Positions 1-9,926 of a stretch of 34,356 nt of DNA are shown piece by piece (position 1 is the stretch's first letter; the number at the start of each line of letters is the position of its first letter). The position numbers and the translations under genes were made by a program. Origin of the DNA: a virus (taxonomy: Duplodnaviria; Heunggongvirae; Uroviricota; Caudoviricetes); the IMG/VR virus record IMGVR_UViG_2684622669_000020. One strand, written 5' to 3'. The notes beneath the pieces were generated by a model, which worked only from the letters and a program-made list of their open reading frames with translations, made no database searches and had not been told where the DNA came from.

Positions 1-669
1 ACCTTTAGGACCCTGTTCACCCCGTGGCCCTTGCTCGCCCTGAGGGCCGGTGGGTCCTGGTGTTTTTGCAATTTCCTTCGCTTCTTCCAGCGCTGTCAGT
101 GCACCGGACTCGTGCAACTCCGCGTTTTTTGCTGCCTGTTCTGCACGATCTGCATCCAGTGAAACCGAAGACACAATTTGTTCCACGTGCTTTTTATCTT
201 CGGCAACGGCTTCTGCATTCTGCTGTACGTTATCCGCCAGCGTCTGACAGTCTGCCTTTATCTTCTGCGCATCAGCGACGTGTTGCCCGGCCTGTTGTTC
301 GCTTTTCGCTGCAGCTTCCGCGCTCTGCTGCGCCTGCGCCACCATTTCCTCGAAGCGTTTCACCACGTCGGGTTTGAGGTCGCCTTCATTGGGGGCGGTC
401 AGAAAATCATTCAGTGTGCCGGGCTTTGAGTCATCGTATACAGCGATATCACCCACGCAGCACTTGGGGCCGTTCTTTTGCTTGATGTGTACGGTGTATT
501 TGCCTTTTTGCGCTTCAAAGGCATACTGTCCCGCCGCATCGGTTTCAATAACCGCGAATGATTCAGTGACCACCTCACTGGTATTAACCAGTGCATCTAA
601 ATAAATTTTGCATTCCGCCATCGGAACGCCAGCGCCATTAATAAGCGCGCCTGAGATTAATACAGACAT
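1..669 (-). CDS. Side tail fibre protein, N-terminal part (gene continues beyond window start)
   Basis: Uninterrupted minus-strand frame from ATG 669-667 to position 1 (my own translation; absent from the ORF track because no stop lies in the window). AGAGG precedes the ATG. N-terminus MSVLISGALINGAG...VYDDSKPGTLNDFL resembles the prophage side-tail-fibre N-terminal domain as I recall it. Gly-X-Y collagen-like repeats GPTGPQGEQGPRGEQGPKG at 1-57. Confidence 0.7.
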   Translation of the reverse strand, partial: MSVLISGALINGAGVPMAECKIYLDALVNTSEVVTESFAVIETDAAGQYAFEAQKGKYTVHIKQKNGPKCCVGDIAVYDDSKPGTLNDFLTAPNEGDLKPDVVKRFEEMVAQAQQSAEAAAKSEQQAGQHVADAQKIKADCQTLADNVQQNAEAVAEDKKHVEQIVSSVSLDADRAEQAAKNAELHESGALTALEEAKEIAKTPGPTGPQGEQGPRGEQGPKG

Positions 670-683
670 AAAACCTCTGAATG

Positions 684-706
684 ATAAAAAGCCGCCTGCG
701 GGCGGC
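684..706 (-). terminator. Intrinsic terminator after the fibre assembly gene
   Basis: GC stem GCCGCC (691-696) / GGCGGC (701-706) with 4-nt loop, followed on the minus strand by TTTTTAT (690-684); begins 8 nt after the stop at 715-717. Confidence 0.6.
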
Positions 707-714
707 TGTCTGAT

Positions 715-1290
715 TTATTCAAAGTCTGACCAGTCAATATCTGGCGCGTTTTCCGGTTGAATGCGATTTAACTTTATTCGTAATTTCCTGAGGGCTGTCA
801 GCTGTTCCTGTTCTTCTGGCGTCGCTTCACCAAAATCAACGGCATCCTGTAAAACGGCGATTTGCTCTCCCATCTGTTTAAGCAGACCCACTTTCTTCTC
901 TGCCGCCTGATTTATCAGCGCATTACGCCTGGCTTCTTCATCTGTCACCCACTGACTGCCATTCCAGCGTTGGTATTCGCCATCAGGAGAAACAGAAGTC
1001 ACATTTTCAGGAAGGCTTCCCAGTTCAGACACTGTTACAGCTACTCCGGTTTCTGTTGAATAAACCGTTTTCCCTCGGTGGTCTTCCATCAGATGCCATT
1101 TCATTTCATCAGCATTAAACACGGCAGCAAAACCCGCCGGAATATCAGGAGGCGCAATATCTGTTGAATTAGCTGGCAGACCTGTATGAGGTGGAATATA
1201 TGCGTCGCTTTCGCCAATAAATTCATTTGTGCCATCGAGATAATTAAATACACGAATGGTTTGTGCTTCTGCACTCATTTTGAAAGTCAT
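715..1290 (-). CDS. Tail fibre assembly protein (Mu U / Tfa-like)
   Basis: 191-aa ORF directly downstream of the fibre gene with start overlapping its stop (TAATG); size, position and sequence typical of fibre assembly chaperones. Confidence 0.75.
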   Translation of the reverse strand: MTFKMSAEAQTIRVFNYLDGTNEFIGESDAYIPPHTGLPANSTDIAPPDIPAGFAAVFNADEMKWHLMEDHRGKTVYSTETGVAVTVSELGSLPENVTSVSPDGEYQRWNGSQWVTDEEARRNALINQAAEKKVGLLKQMGEQIAVLQDAVDFGEATPEEQEQLTALRKLRIKLNRIQPENAPDIDWSDFE

Positions 1291-2273
1291 TATGCCAGCC
1301 TCACAATATAGTTATATGCAATGTTTTTGACGGTGTTTTCGGTATTGCCTGTTGGATTTACCGTGATGGTGTGCCCGTGCGCACCCAATGCCACAGTGTG
1401 TGCATGGGCACCAATACCTACGGTGTGGTTATGCTGACCAATATCGACAGTATGAGCATGTGCTCCGGCAGTACTGGAAATCTGATTCCTCCCTGACGCC
1501 TGCACACGTTGTTTTCCGCCGACAGAGTCGCCGCCATAAACACCACCGACACTGTGCGTATGATTTCCTGTGTTATTTGTTGATTTTGTGCCGTGGTTAA
1601 ACGTGCTGACTGTCTTGGTGCCGTAGTCAAATGAACTTGTCGTTTTCGTTCCTAAATCGGTATTTGACGCACTGGCACTGTGGGTATGCGACTTGATGCC
1701 ATCCTGTTCCTGAGACAATACGGCACGACCACTGGCAGGCTTACCCTTGATAGTCCAGCCGCGCATATCAGGAATAACCCCGGACGGATAGGCAACCGCA
1801 AGTTTAGGGTAAGAGCCTTTATCAAAACTTTGCCCCTGCATTAAGGCATAACCGGATGGCACAGAATCAGATGGCCACGGGATTGGTGTCCCGACCGGTA
1901 AAGCCGTACCCTGTAAATCAGCAATTTTTTTTGCTAACGCCTTTATTGCCTTTGGGGTGGCAGCCAGTTCTTCTGAATCACTGTCTGTTGCACTACTGAG
2001 CTGAACGATACCCTTCTTCGTTAATGATGCGTCAGGAACTTTTTTCCCGACATATAAGGCCAGCGCCTCAACCAGTTGATTCTGTTTTTTCGGATCCGGG
2101 GTTACGCCAGCCTCTTTAAGGACGTTAATCACCTCCTGCTGCAAATCGCGCGTTGCCGCCTGATGATTATTCATATATTCGGCGTAAACGATGGTTCCCT
2201 CAATTCCCTGAGTGGGGTCACCATCATGAAATAACTTATCCGGCGTATTCACCGGGGGCATTAAATTCTGCAT
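1290..2273 (-). CDS. Tail fibre protein (Mu S-like) with His-X-His repeat tip
   Basis: 327 aa; N-terminal region [25 protein letters not shown] typical of Mu/P2-type fibres; C-terminal repeats [21 protein letters not shown]. Confidence 0.8.
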   Translation of the reverse strand: MQNLMPPVNTPDKLFHDGDPTQGIEGTIVYAEYMNNHQAATRDLQQEVINVLKEAGVTPDPKKQNQLVEALALYVGKKVPDASLTKKGIVQLSSATDSDSEELAATPKAIKALAKKIADLQGTALPVGTPIPWPSDSVPSGYALMQGQSFDKGSYPKLAVAYPSGVIPDMRGWTIKGKPASGRAVLSQEQDGIKSHTHSASASNTDLGTKTTSSFDYGTKTVSTFNHGTKSTNNTGNHTHSVGGVYGGDSVGGKQRVQASGRNQISSTAGAHAHTVDIGQHNHTVGIGAHAHTVALGAHGHTITVNPTGNTENTVKNIAYNYIVRLA

Positions 2274-2845
2274 TATTCCTCCACCTCATACGTGAAATAA
2301 CAGTCTGTAAAAGCCGGTTTAAGGTCTTTAAACGTGTTTTCTAAAATGGATTCACCAAAGGCCGTCAGCGGTTCGCCGGTTGCCGATGCGCCCGTTCTGA
2401 ACCGGTAGACAGGTGTTTTTGTCCCGATAACATTGACCTGCCACGCCCAGCGGATTTCCGGTATCAGCAGACGGTCACCACAGCGGTTTATCCCCACCCG
2501 GAACGGTCGCGGCTCCGTAATGGTGATGGTATAGCCCAGACTGGCGGCAAGGCTTTTGAAGTAAGGGATTGACAGACCACCCGTGGCAGCCATTTTTACC
2601 AGTATGTTTTGCCGCCGCTCCTGTTGTGTTGCCCCTTCACGGGGGACAACACCGTACACGCGCTCCCAGTCGGACAGCGTCATCGATGCCTGCAACGGGG
2701 TGATTTGTGCCAGAACGCGCGCTGCTGACGCCTTCACGGCTTCCATGACGTCAGCCTCGGCTGTCAGTTCTGCGGAAATATATTTCCCGTTCAGGTCATA
2801 ACTGACAGGTGGCAGCATGGCGCGAAATAAATCGACCATATTCAT
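2273..2845 (-). CDS. Baseplate/tail protein (Mu gp48-like)
   Basis: ORF between baseplate J-like gene and fibre gene; start moved to ATG 2845 (MNMVDLF), which has a GAGG upstream and sits 4 nt after the upstream stop. Confidence 0.6.
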   Translation of the reverse strand: MNMVDLFRAMLPPVSYDLNGKYISAELTAEADVMEAVKASAARVLAQITPLQASMTLSDWERVYGVVPREGATQQERRQNILVKMAATGGLSIPYFKSLAASLGYTITITEPRPFRVGINRCGDRLLIPEIRWAWQVNVIGTKTPVYRFRTGASATGEPLTAFGESILENTFKDLKPAFTDCYFTYEVEE

Positions 2846-2849
2846 AAAA

Positions 2850-3929
2850 TCACCCCTCACGTGGAAAAGGCTGAATATCAATATTTCCCGGGCGCAGCCA
2901 TTCCCACGTTGACGCGTTAATAATGGCTTTTACGTTGTCTGCTGGCGTAATGATTCGCCGGTCACTGACACCGGAAATTAATGAAATCTGGGTTTCCAGT
3001 TGTGAAATAATTAATTCTTGCCCCGGCTCCAGTCGGTTCATAAAATCCGTGATAACGTCAGTTATCTGCGGTTTTATCTGCTCAACGGTCAGGCCGCTGG
3101 TTTTTACCCGGACAACGAAATCAACGGCTTTTTTCGTCGGGGCCAGCACCATCGTGTCCTTCGCCGTCACCGGGCGAACTTCCTCAATATGTGCCAGCAC
3201 GGCATTAATCAGTTCCTGCGAGGGGAGGTCATTGGCTGACGTAATGGCCACATCAACCGTTCCCAGTCCACGACGCAATGGCTCCACATATGCCGAGGTA
3301 ACGCCATCCACTTCCAGCGCCCAGCGTTTGTAATCATATTTGTTACCGCCAGCGGGTGGCCTGCGCAGAATATCCAGATAACGCGCCAGCAGGTCGGCGT
3401 CACTTTCCCTGTCCGTTCCGCCAGTCAGGGATTTAATCGTCACCGTGCTGTTGATGCCTTCCGGCGGACTGACCAGCGTTGCCGTCTGCGTTGTGGATAC
3501 GTTCGTCTGTGCGCCCGTGGTGGTGCTTTTTACCGTCACCTCCGCGCTGCCTTCATCACCGATGGTGCAGTCTGCGGTGGTGGCCACGCTGACACCTTCA
3601 CCGCGAATTTCCGCACCGGCTGGCAGCATCTTACCGGGGGTACCGGTAATCACCACCGGACCGGATGAGGCTGTTGCTTTTTTACGAAAAACATTGCGCG
3701 TGCGGCAGTGCAGCTCCAGATATTCAGGGTCTGCCGTGTCAGGAAACACCTGACGGAGGATCCACCCCTGATGCATATAAAGCCCGTCCGCCACGCCGGA
3801 TACGGCATTGGCACGAATGCGGTAATCGCTGTCAGCGCCGGTGTCGATGGTTTCTCCCGGCAGGGCGTTAGCGATATCACGTAGCTGGCGTTCTGTGTTT
3901 TCAGCAACGCCCGGAACAGGAAACGGCAT
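2850..3929 (-). CDS. Baseplate J-like protein (Mu gp47-like)
   Basis: 359-aa ORF in conserved baseplate position; start overlaps upstream stop. Confidence 0.75.
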   Translation of the reverse strand: MPFPVPGVAENTERQLRDIANALPGETIDTGADSDYRIRANAVSGVADGLYMHQGWILRQVFPDTADPEYLELHCRTRNVFRKKATASSGPVVITGTPGKMLPAGAEIRGEGVSVATTADCTIGDEGSAEVTVKSTTTGAQTNVSTTQTATLVSPPEGINSTVTIKSLTGGTDRESDADLLARYLDILRRPPAGGNKYDYKRWALEVDGVTSAYVEPLRRGLGTVDVAITSANDLPSQELINAVLAHIEEVRPVTAKDTMVLAPTKKAVDFVVRVKTSGLTVEQIKPQITDVITDFMNRLEPGQELIISQLETQISLISGVSDRRIITPADNVKAIINASTWEWLRPGNIDIQPFPREG

Positions 3930-4279
3930 TACATAATCCTCACAGGGTGTTCAAACGTCTGCGGTGTGCCCGCGTTATCCGTGACGGTGATTAGCAGCAA
4001 CAACCAGCCGCGCTGCCCCGTTTTTGTGTCAACGGTAATTGCTGTCGCCCGCCCGTCATCGAGCAGGGGCTGAAGTGCCTGGCTGGCATACTGCGCCGCC
4101 AGCCTGTGGACACGGGAAACGTCTTTTTCCCGCTTCAGTTCGTGCAGGCGTGACCCCAGCGACGCATCCGCCCAGTAACTGCCAAGCGGCGTCGCCAGTC
4201 GCAGATAAACCGCGTTATGAAGTGTATAAATCCGGCGGCGTTCGTAGTCGCCGGTTGCAGGTGAAATCGTCTGGTCCAT
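3929..4279 (-). CDS. Baseplate protein (Mu gp46-like)
   Basis: 116-aa ORF, ATG at 4279-4277 (MDQTIS); conserved position between spike and J-like genes. Confidence 0.6.
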   Translation of the reverse strand: MDQTISPATGDYERRRIYTLHNAVYLRLATPLGSYWADASLGSRLHELKREKDVSRVHRLAAQYASQALQPLLDDGRATAITVDTKTGQRGWLLLLITVTDNAGTPQTFEHPVRIM

Positions 4280-4317
4280 GCCGCCAGTCTGGCAGCATGG
4301 ACAGGTCAGAATCAGGT

Positions 4318-4332
4318 GAGGGTGTTCAGCAC
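4318..4332 (-). promoter_or_regulatory. Copy C of repeated late-promoter-like element
   Basis: GAGGGTGTTCAGCAC matches the core of the elements at 16205-16237 and 23629-23662; lies in the 53-bp gap between the gp45-like stop (4333) and gp46-like start (4279). Confidence 0.35.
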
Positions 4333-4986
4333 TTAATTATGCGGCAGGCCGGATATGCCGTGAGGGGTATCGTGTTTGTGTGTTCCGATTTTAACGCCAT
4401 TAATGGTGACGTCAACGGAGGTAATCACACCACCCACATGGTTGATGTTGCCTTCAAAAGTGGCGGCGTATTCCTTGCCTCCACGGATGGCCATGCCACC
4501 GTTGCCGGTGATTTTACCTTCCACCGTCAGCTTATCGCTGGCCGTCAGTAACGGTGTCGTGAATGCGGCGTTCTCCTCTGCCTCAACCTCATAGCGTTTG
4601 CATTTCACCCGGTAAATGTCACATTCTGTTTCAATAATCCGCCCGCGCTTCAGCACAATTTTCGCGCCTTCGTCGGTATACAGGGCCACCTCGCCGGGTT
4701 TCAGTTCCGTCAGGCGATATGCGCCGTGCTCGGTGGCCACGACGACGGTATGGGAGGTATTACCGTTCAGCGGAACGGCAATACCCATTGAGCCGGGCGG
4801 CGGGGATGTGGTGAGGCCGTAATGCTGAAAATACTCCGCACCGTCCAGCTGTTCGCCTGCCAGCCCGTTCAGCTGAAGCAACTGCACTTTGGTCGAACTG
4901 TCCACCGTACCGGTCACCACCCTGAATGCCTGGCGAACGGCGGCCAGTGCCTGCTGTATGCGCTGATTAACCTTGTCCCACATCAT
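4333..4986 (-). CDS. Baseplate spike / gpV-like protein (Mu gp45-like)
   Basis: 217-aa ORF downstream of the baseplate hub gene; beta-rich sequence typical of spike proteins. Confidence 0.65.
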   Translation of the reverse strand: MMWDKVNQRIQQALAAVRQAFRVVTGTVDSSTKVQLLQLNGLAGEQLDGAEYFQHYGLTTSPPPGSMGIAVPLNGNTSHTVVVATEHGAYRLTELKPGEVALYTDEGAKIVLKRGRIIETECDIYRVKCKRYEVEAEENAAFTTPLLTASDKLTVEGKITGNGGMAIRGGKEYAATFEGNINHVGGVITSVDVTINGVKIGTHKHDTPHGISGLPHN

Positions 4987-6194
4987 TTCTCCCAGACCTT
5001 AACAATGGCAACCTCTTTTTTCTTTTTGCCCCTGCGGTGATGGCGTTTCTTCTCGCGCGGGAAGGCGTCAGGTATCCACACGCCGTCCTCCTTAAAGCGG
5101 AGCCGGGTTGTCTGCCCGTTGCGGCCTCCGCTGAACTCACGCCCCATCAGAAAAAAGATGGCATCGATGCCGTGGGGTTCGCTGACAATCCGCACACGCT
5201 GGCCGGGCTGCCACAGGACACCGTCCGCCGTGCGATGGCCTGCAACCAGTGCGACGATATCCAGCCCCGACAGGCGGGCATCACTCATCATTTTTTTTGC
5301 GCGCCAGTTCACCTGCTCCATGTTACCGGTGTCGCCCTGGGTGATTATCTGCGGGCGGTAATAATCCACAGTGGGGTCGGTGGCCACGGCTTTCATGTTA
5401 TGAATACCTGTCTGGCCATTGTCAGTATTACCGCCGTCCCGCCCGGATAACGTGCGCACGCTGCCGTCCTCGTTCCAGATATCCAGTGGCACCACGGCCA
5501 GTTGTTTTTTGCTGTCTGCGCGGCGGGCGTGGCTTTGAGCCAGTACCGTAAGTTCGGAGAAGCAGCCGTTAATGGACCGGGTATCGTCCAGCTCCATCAC
5601 GTTGTTCCCGGTGCCGTCCAGCTTCATAATCAGCGTGTCCACTGGCGTGGTGGTGTAGTCAGGGCCACCCACAACCAGCGTCCCGTCAGGCTCAAACCAC
5701 GGCCATAAGCCGCGACCGGCGGCAGCTTTAGCCAGTGCATCCCACGCACGCATCCCCGGCTCTATAACAACCTTGTCATTACGTGACACACCGGACGCCT
5801 GAATACGGATGCGCTGTATCCCCAGCGGTCTGACAATCCTGTCGATGACCTCGTCCAGTGTCAGCTGGTTGGCGCTGAACACCGGCGCGGCACAGTCCAC
5901 CAGGATGGCGGCATCATCACGCCCGGACAGAGTCAGCGTGCAGCTCTGACGGGATACACTGCGGCGCACGCTGTCCACGCGACCACTGAGGACCGTCTCG
6001 TCTCCCACCTGCAAACGGACCGGCGCACCCCGGACGATATCCGCCGGGAACACCTTTTCAGGCAGTCCCAGCTGAAGCTGCCACCCGTCGGCGGCTTTCA
6101 GGAAATCGCTGTCAATACGATAACTGCTCCAGTCAGAATGCGACCTTCCGGCAATGACCAGGCTGATTTTGTCGTCGTTATTTTGCATAGGCAT
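4983..6194 (-). CDS. Tail protein P / baseplate hub (Mu gp44-like)
   Basis: 403-aa ORF in conserved position after the DNA circulation gene; start overlaps upstream stop. Confidence 0.7.
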   Translation of the reverse strand: MPMQNNDDKISLVIAGRSHSDWSSYRIDSDFLKAADGWQLQLGLPEKVFPADIVRGAPVRLQVGDETVLSGRVDSVRRSVSRQSCTLTLSGRDDAAILVDCAAPVFSANQLTLDEVIDRIVRPLGIQRIRIQASGVSRNDKVVIEPGMRAWDALAKAAAGRGLWPWFEPDGTLVVGGPDYTTTPVDTLIMKLDGTGNNVMELDDTRSINGCFSELTVLAQSHARRADSKKQLAVVPLDIWNEDGSVRTLSGRDGGNTDNGQTGIHNMKAVATDPTVDYYRPQIITQGDTGNMEQVNWRAKKMMSDARLSGLDIVALVAGHRTADGVLWQPGQRVRIVSEPHGIDAIFFLMGREFSGGRNGQTTRLRFKEDGVWIPDAFPREKKRHHRRGKKKKEVAIVKVWEK

Positions 6195-7527
6195 TAATTA
6201 CCATCCCGGCGGTTATGTTGTTCGGGTCACGCAGCTGCGGGTTCAGGCGTTGCAGCTCTGCCGCACGGCTGTAGTCCCCGTACCACTGCCACGCCAGCAA
6301 CAGCAGACAGCTGTCCGCCTGCACCTGCTTCTGTGTCAGCGGTGGGCGGCGTGACAGAACCAGCAGGCCGACATCCTGCACGGATGCCGCCACGTTCTTC
6401 ATGCTCTGAATGATTTCCGGGTACATCAGCCCCAGTGGTGATGCGGTTTCGGTTATCCGTTCGCGTTCGCCTTCATAGCGTTCACGGAACAGCGTGATGG
6501 CGGCCTGTAAGCGGGTGCGCACATCCCCGACCAGTCGCCCGATATCCGCCGGTATAAGCTGTTCTGACTGGGCTTCATCGGACAGTATCACCGTCGCCAC
6601 GCTGGCCAGCTCTGAGGCCGCCAGAACCGCATAAGCCGCTTTCACGTCCTGCACGTCTTCCACGGACGCATCCGGCGGAAGTGCCACAGACGGCGTTTTA
6701 TCACCGCTGACCAGTGCGACCGGCAGCGCGACCAGCTCATCCATATCTGCCATCACCTCATTCCAGCAGGTCATCACGGTCGCAGAACTGGCGACGCGGT
6801 TTTCTCCGGTCAGTCCGGTCGTGGTGGCGGAATCAGTACGCTCCAGCACCGGCACCGCGTGCCCGACATCTGACGTGTGGATTTCCAGCACCTCTGCCAG
6901 CCCGCCGATGAACTTTCCGGGTTCGCTGGCCAGTGACATCATATTGTCGATGGATGAGAGAAAATCGCTTTTGAACGTCAGCAGGGTATTTACCAGCGTG
7001 GCACGCACCGCCTGGATTTTTTTAATCACGCTGTTAATGGTCTTTAAAGGGGCCGTAACAGCGTCAAATAATTCGCTTAACTGTGCCAGTAACTTATCCA
7101 GTTCATCAAATAACTGTTGTGCGAACAGCTCCGGTAACGGGGTGCTGAACAACGCGCTGCCGGTGCGGTTCTCCAGAAAACTCATGTCGATGGTGCAGCT
7201 GTCCGGGCTTTCTGCGTCATGGCGGATGCTGTAGCCGGTCACAATCACCGACGGTACGGAGCCATAAACCGGGTGAATCAGCTCACCATCGCCGCCTTCG
7301 TCCAGGGCGGCGATCAGCTTTTCAAGTTTATATTCGTAATACTCCCCCCACAGGAACGCCGTCATGCGAAACGGTCGCGCCTTGCGTCCGAGGTCGTGCA
7401 AATCCGCCCCGTCAACAAACGGGTATTCATAGACCGCATGGTCGCGGCTGATTTGTTCATCCGTGTTCAGTACATCAAACTGCACGCCACGAAAGGAGGC
7501 GTTTTGCAGGTTTTCAGCCCAGCCCAT
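6178..7527 (-). CDS. DNA circulation protein (Mu N / gp43-like)
   Basis: 449 aa; N-terminus MGWAENLQNASFRGVQFDV typical of the Mu DNA circulation N-terminal domain; follows tape measure. Confidence 0.75.
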   Translation of the reverse strand: MGWAENLQNASFRGVQFDVLNTDEQISRDHAVYEYPFVDGADLHDLGRKARPFRMTAFLWGEYYEYKLEKLIAALDEGGDGELIHPVYGSVPSVIVTGYSIRHDAESPDSCTIDMSFLENRTGSALFSTPLPELFAQQLFDELDKLLAQLSELFDAVTAPLKTINSVIKKIQAVRATLVNTLLTFKSDFLSSIDNMMSLASEPGKFIGGLAEVLEIHTSDVGHAVPVLERTDSATTTGLTGENRVASSATVMTCWNEVMADMDELVALPVALVSGDKTPSVALPPDASVEDVQDVKAAYAVLAASELASVATVILSDEAQSEQLIPADIGRLVGDVRTRLQAAITLFRERYEGERERITETASPLGLMYPEIIQSMKNVAASVQDVGLLVLSRRPPLTQKQVQADSCLLLLAWQWYGDYSRAAELQRLNPQLRDPNNITAGMVINAYAK

Positions 7528-9764
7528 CAGTAAGTTCCTCCCGTACCTCTGTTGCCGTCCTGAAGGTTGTATTTATTCACCGCTTCCGCCACGACCTGAC
7601 CATCGAGCACCAGTTGTGTGGTGAAATTTATGGGGCTGGCAGGTGGTCCCCAGTGCGTGAGGTATTCCGGCTGGGTGATGCGTCCGGGTTGCTTTGATGC
7701 TGATTCAGGCGTTGTGTTTCCAGCGGCTTTGTTCACCTGCTCCGGTGATGGCAGAGCATCAGCTGCGGCTTTCAGCTCATTATCCCGTTTAAGCATTCCT
7801 TCACGGGTAAAGAACAAGGAGCCATCGTCTGCAAAAAACAAACCATGATTATCTGTAAAGTTCTTGATGGTATCGCCAACAACAGCCCCATAAAGTTCTT
7901 CTGCGGCCTCATAGCCTGCGTAAATGGTTACAATTTTTCCGGCTGCGCCCATTATTTTCCCCAGACGTCCCTGATTGCCGGAAGCGACTTCACTGATATC
8001 TTTTACTTTGGATGCCGTATCCCCAATATCATCGGGTTTATCTGCTTCTCCAGACGTTTCATTACCAGTAATAAATTTCAGCCCGGCAAAAGTGACAGCG
8101 GCAGCGGTCATCGCTTTAATGGCGGTGGTGGCAGTTACCACGGATGTGGTTAGTCCTGGAAACTCTTTTCCCGCCCAGGTGATCGCATCAGCTACTGTCC
8201 CGGATGCATCAGCCAGTTTTTTCACACCATCCATTTGTGAAAATTCAATGGTGTTTTTAGCCTGCCCGGTTTTAAAATCATTCGTGTCTGATATGAATTT
8301 AAAATCCACATCACCCGCGCGCTGACCTTCCGGCAGGGTGCGCTGCTGATTAATCGCGTCTTCAACCTTTTTCCGGTATTCCGGGTTGTTACGGTAGGCT
8401 AACAACGCCATCAACGCCTGACGGTCTGCAACCAGCTTTCCGACACCAAAGCCTTCAAGGAGTGTTGTCATCGAATCATAAACAGCCGTCTGCTCGCCTT
8501 TGTCCCGGGCGGATGCCAGTTTCTTTTGCAGCTCCTGATAGCGTTTATCGCTGGCAACAATTTTGTCTATCAGGCTGGACAGCGCGTCTATCGGATTAAG
8601 TCCATTCTCGCGCGCTTCAGTCAGTGTGCCGGAAAAGTCGATTCCCTTACCGTTGTAATTTATCCCCGCAGCCGCTGTTTCAATATCCTTACTGGTCAGT
8701 TTTGCCAGCAAGTTAACCACGTTATTTCCGGCCTCATCACTGCTGCCCGCCGTGATGGCGGCAGCTTCATTCAGCGCCAGAATCTTGACGAAATCATCTT
8801 TGCCTTTCATCCCCGCAGCTGACGCAGCGCCCATTTGCTGGGATAACCAGCGGGCCATGTCGTTCAGTTCAAAGCTGCCTTCTTTGCCCGCTGCAATCGC
8901 CATATTCAGAACGGTGGAAATATCTTCATCCCTGAATCCAAAGGTCTTTTTACCCTTAATCATCACCTTAGCCAGGTCTGTCGCTGATGCACCGGAAGCC
9001 GTGGCGTATTTCATCAGTTCAGGTAGCCACTTACTGGCTGTTTCAAATGAAATGCCATCTTTCAGCAGGGCATCCAGCGTTTCGGCTGCATCCTCTTTCG
9101 TGCCACCACCATAGGTCACCGCGTTACGGATGCTGCTTTTCATCTGCTCAAGACCAGCCCTGCGCCCCTCCAGCCCACCATCACTGAAGGCGGTATTGGC
9201 CATCATTGCCAGCTGGCGTTCGTAGCTCATCTGTCTTTTGACTGGCTGCGCCATAATGGCAGCACCTGCTGCAATACCACCGCCTATTGTCACGGCATTT
9301 CCGCCAAATGCAGCCGCACGGGCAAAGCGCCCCCGTTCAGGGATAACAGGCGTTTTCGCCATCTTCATCTGAGCCTGAGTAACGCCATCCAGTTCACGCT
9401 TGAGTGCCCGGGCTTTTTCCCGGGTGGCCTGCATGGCGCGTTCCTGCTCCTGCGCAGATTCAAAACCGGCGCGGGCCAGACGGTTATAACTGGCAACCGT
9501 CAGATAAATTTCACGCCGGATCTCGCGTTCTGCACGAATACCGAGCGTTTCCCGGGCACGGGCGGCACGCTGTATCTCTTTTGCGGCCTTTTTCGTGCTG
9601 TTAATGCTTTCCTGCTCGGTACGCTTCTGCTCTGCGCCTGCTTTCCGGGTTGCCTTTGTTACACCTTCGGTGGCTTTGATAACCTGTTTTTGTCCCTTTT
9701 CCAGGACCTGCGAGGCTTCGTCCTTCGCAGTCAGGGTCATGCCAACTTTGAAATTACCGGCCAT
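7527..9764 (-). CDS. Tail tape measure protein
   Basis: 745 aa, Ala/Gly-rich, helical, downstream of tube and chaperone; ATG at 9764-9762. Confidence 0.8.
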   Translation of the reverse strand: MAGNFKVGMTLTAKDEASQVLEKGQKQVIKATEGVTKATRKAGAEQKRTEQESINSTKKAAKEIQRAARARETLGIRAEREIRREIYLTVASYNRLARAGFESAQEQERAMQATREKARALKRELDGVTQAQMKMAKTPVIPERGRFARAAAFGGNAVTIGGGIAAGAAIMAQPVKRQMSYERQLAMMANTAFSDGGLEGRRAGLEQMKSSIRNAVTYGGGTKEDAAETLDALLKDGISFETASKWLPELMKYATASGASATDLAKVMIKGKKTFGFRDEDISTVLNMAIAAGKEGSFELNDMARWLSQQMGAASAAGMKGKDDFVKILALNEAAAITAGSSDEAGNNVVNLLAKLTSKDIETAAAGINYNGKGIDFSGTLTEARENGLNPIDALSSLIDKIVASDKRYQELQKKLASARDKGEQTAVYDSMTTLLEGFGVGKLVADRQALMALLAYRNNPEYRKKVEDAINQQRTLPEGQRAGDVDFKFISDTNDFKTGQAKNTIEFSQMDGVKKLADASGTVADAITWAGKEFPGLTTSVVTATTAIKAMTAAAVTFAGLKFITGNETSGEADKPDDIGDTASKVKDISEVASGNQGRLGKIMGAAGKIVTIYAGYEAAEELYGAVVGDTIKNFTDNHGLFFADDGSLFFTREGMLKRDNELKAAADALPSPEQVNKAAGNTTPESASKQPGRITQPEYLTHWGPPASPINFTTQLVLDGQVVAEAVNKYNLQDGNRGTGGTY

Positions 9765-9912
9765 TTTTCTGCTTACCTTTTCTGCGTTTCTTTCTGAGGG
9801 ATTTAAATGACTGGCGGGTGGTCTGTGAGGTGTCCTTCCTTCCTGAGCCGCCGCCGTTCAGCCTGTCAACGGCGGCAAGCCAGCCGTCCAGCTCGGGACG
9901 GCTCATGGTCAT
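9754..9912 (-). CDS. Small ORF in the -1 frame between tail chaperone and tape measure (possible frameshift extension)
   Basis: ATG 9912 to TAA 9756-9754 encodes 52 aa (MTMSRPELDGW...). The same frame is open back to 10032, overlapping the last ~35 codons of the chaperone. Confidence 0.3.
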   Translation of the reverse strand: MTMSRPELDGWLAAVDRLNGGGSGRKDTSQTTRQSFKSLRKKRRKGKQKNGR

Positions 9913-9926
9913 GATTTGCTCTTCGG

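Noticed and set aside
669-715. Possible prophage right end between Tfa and the downstream fibre gene
   Set aside because: The 46-bp gap holds only a terminator hairpin and an RBS; no transposase-binding repeats or terminal CA, and the downstream gene is co-oriented and tightly spaced.
1-2300. Invertible G-segment with invertase, or a diversity-generating retroelement acting on the fibres
   Set aside because: No invertase-like or reverse-transcriptase-like ORF and no template/variable repeat pair near the fibre genes; both fibre genes are in the same orientation.
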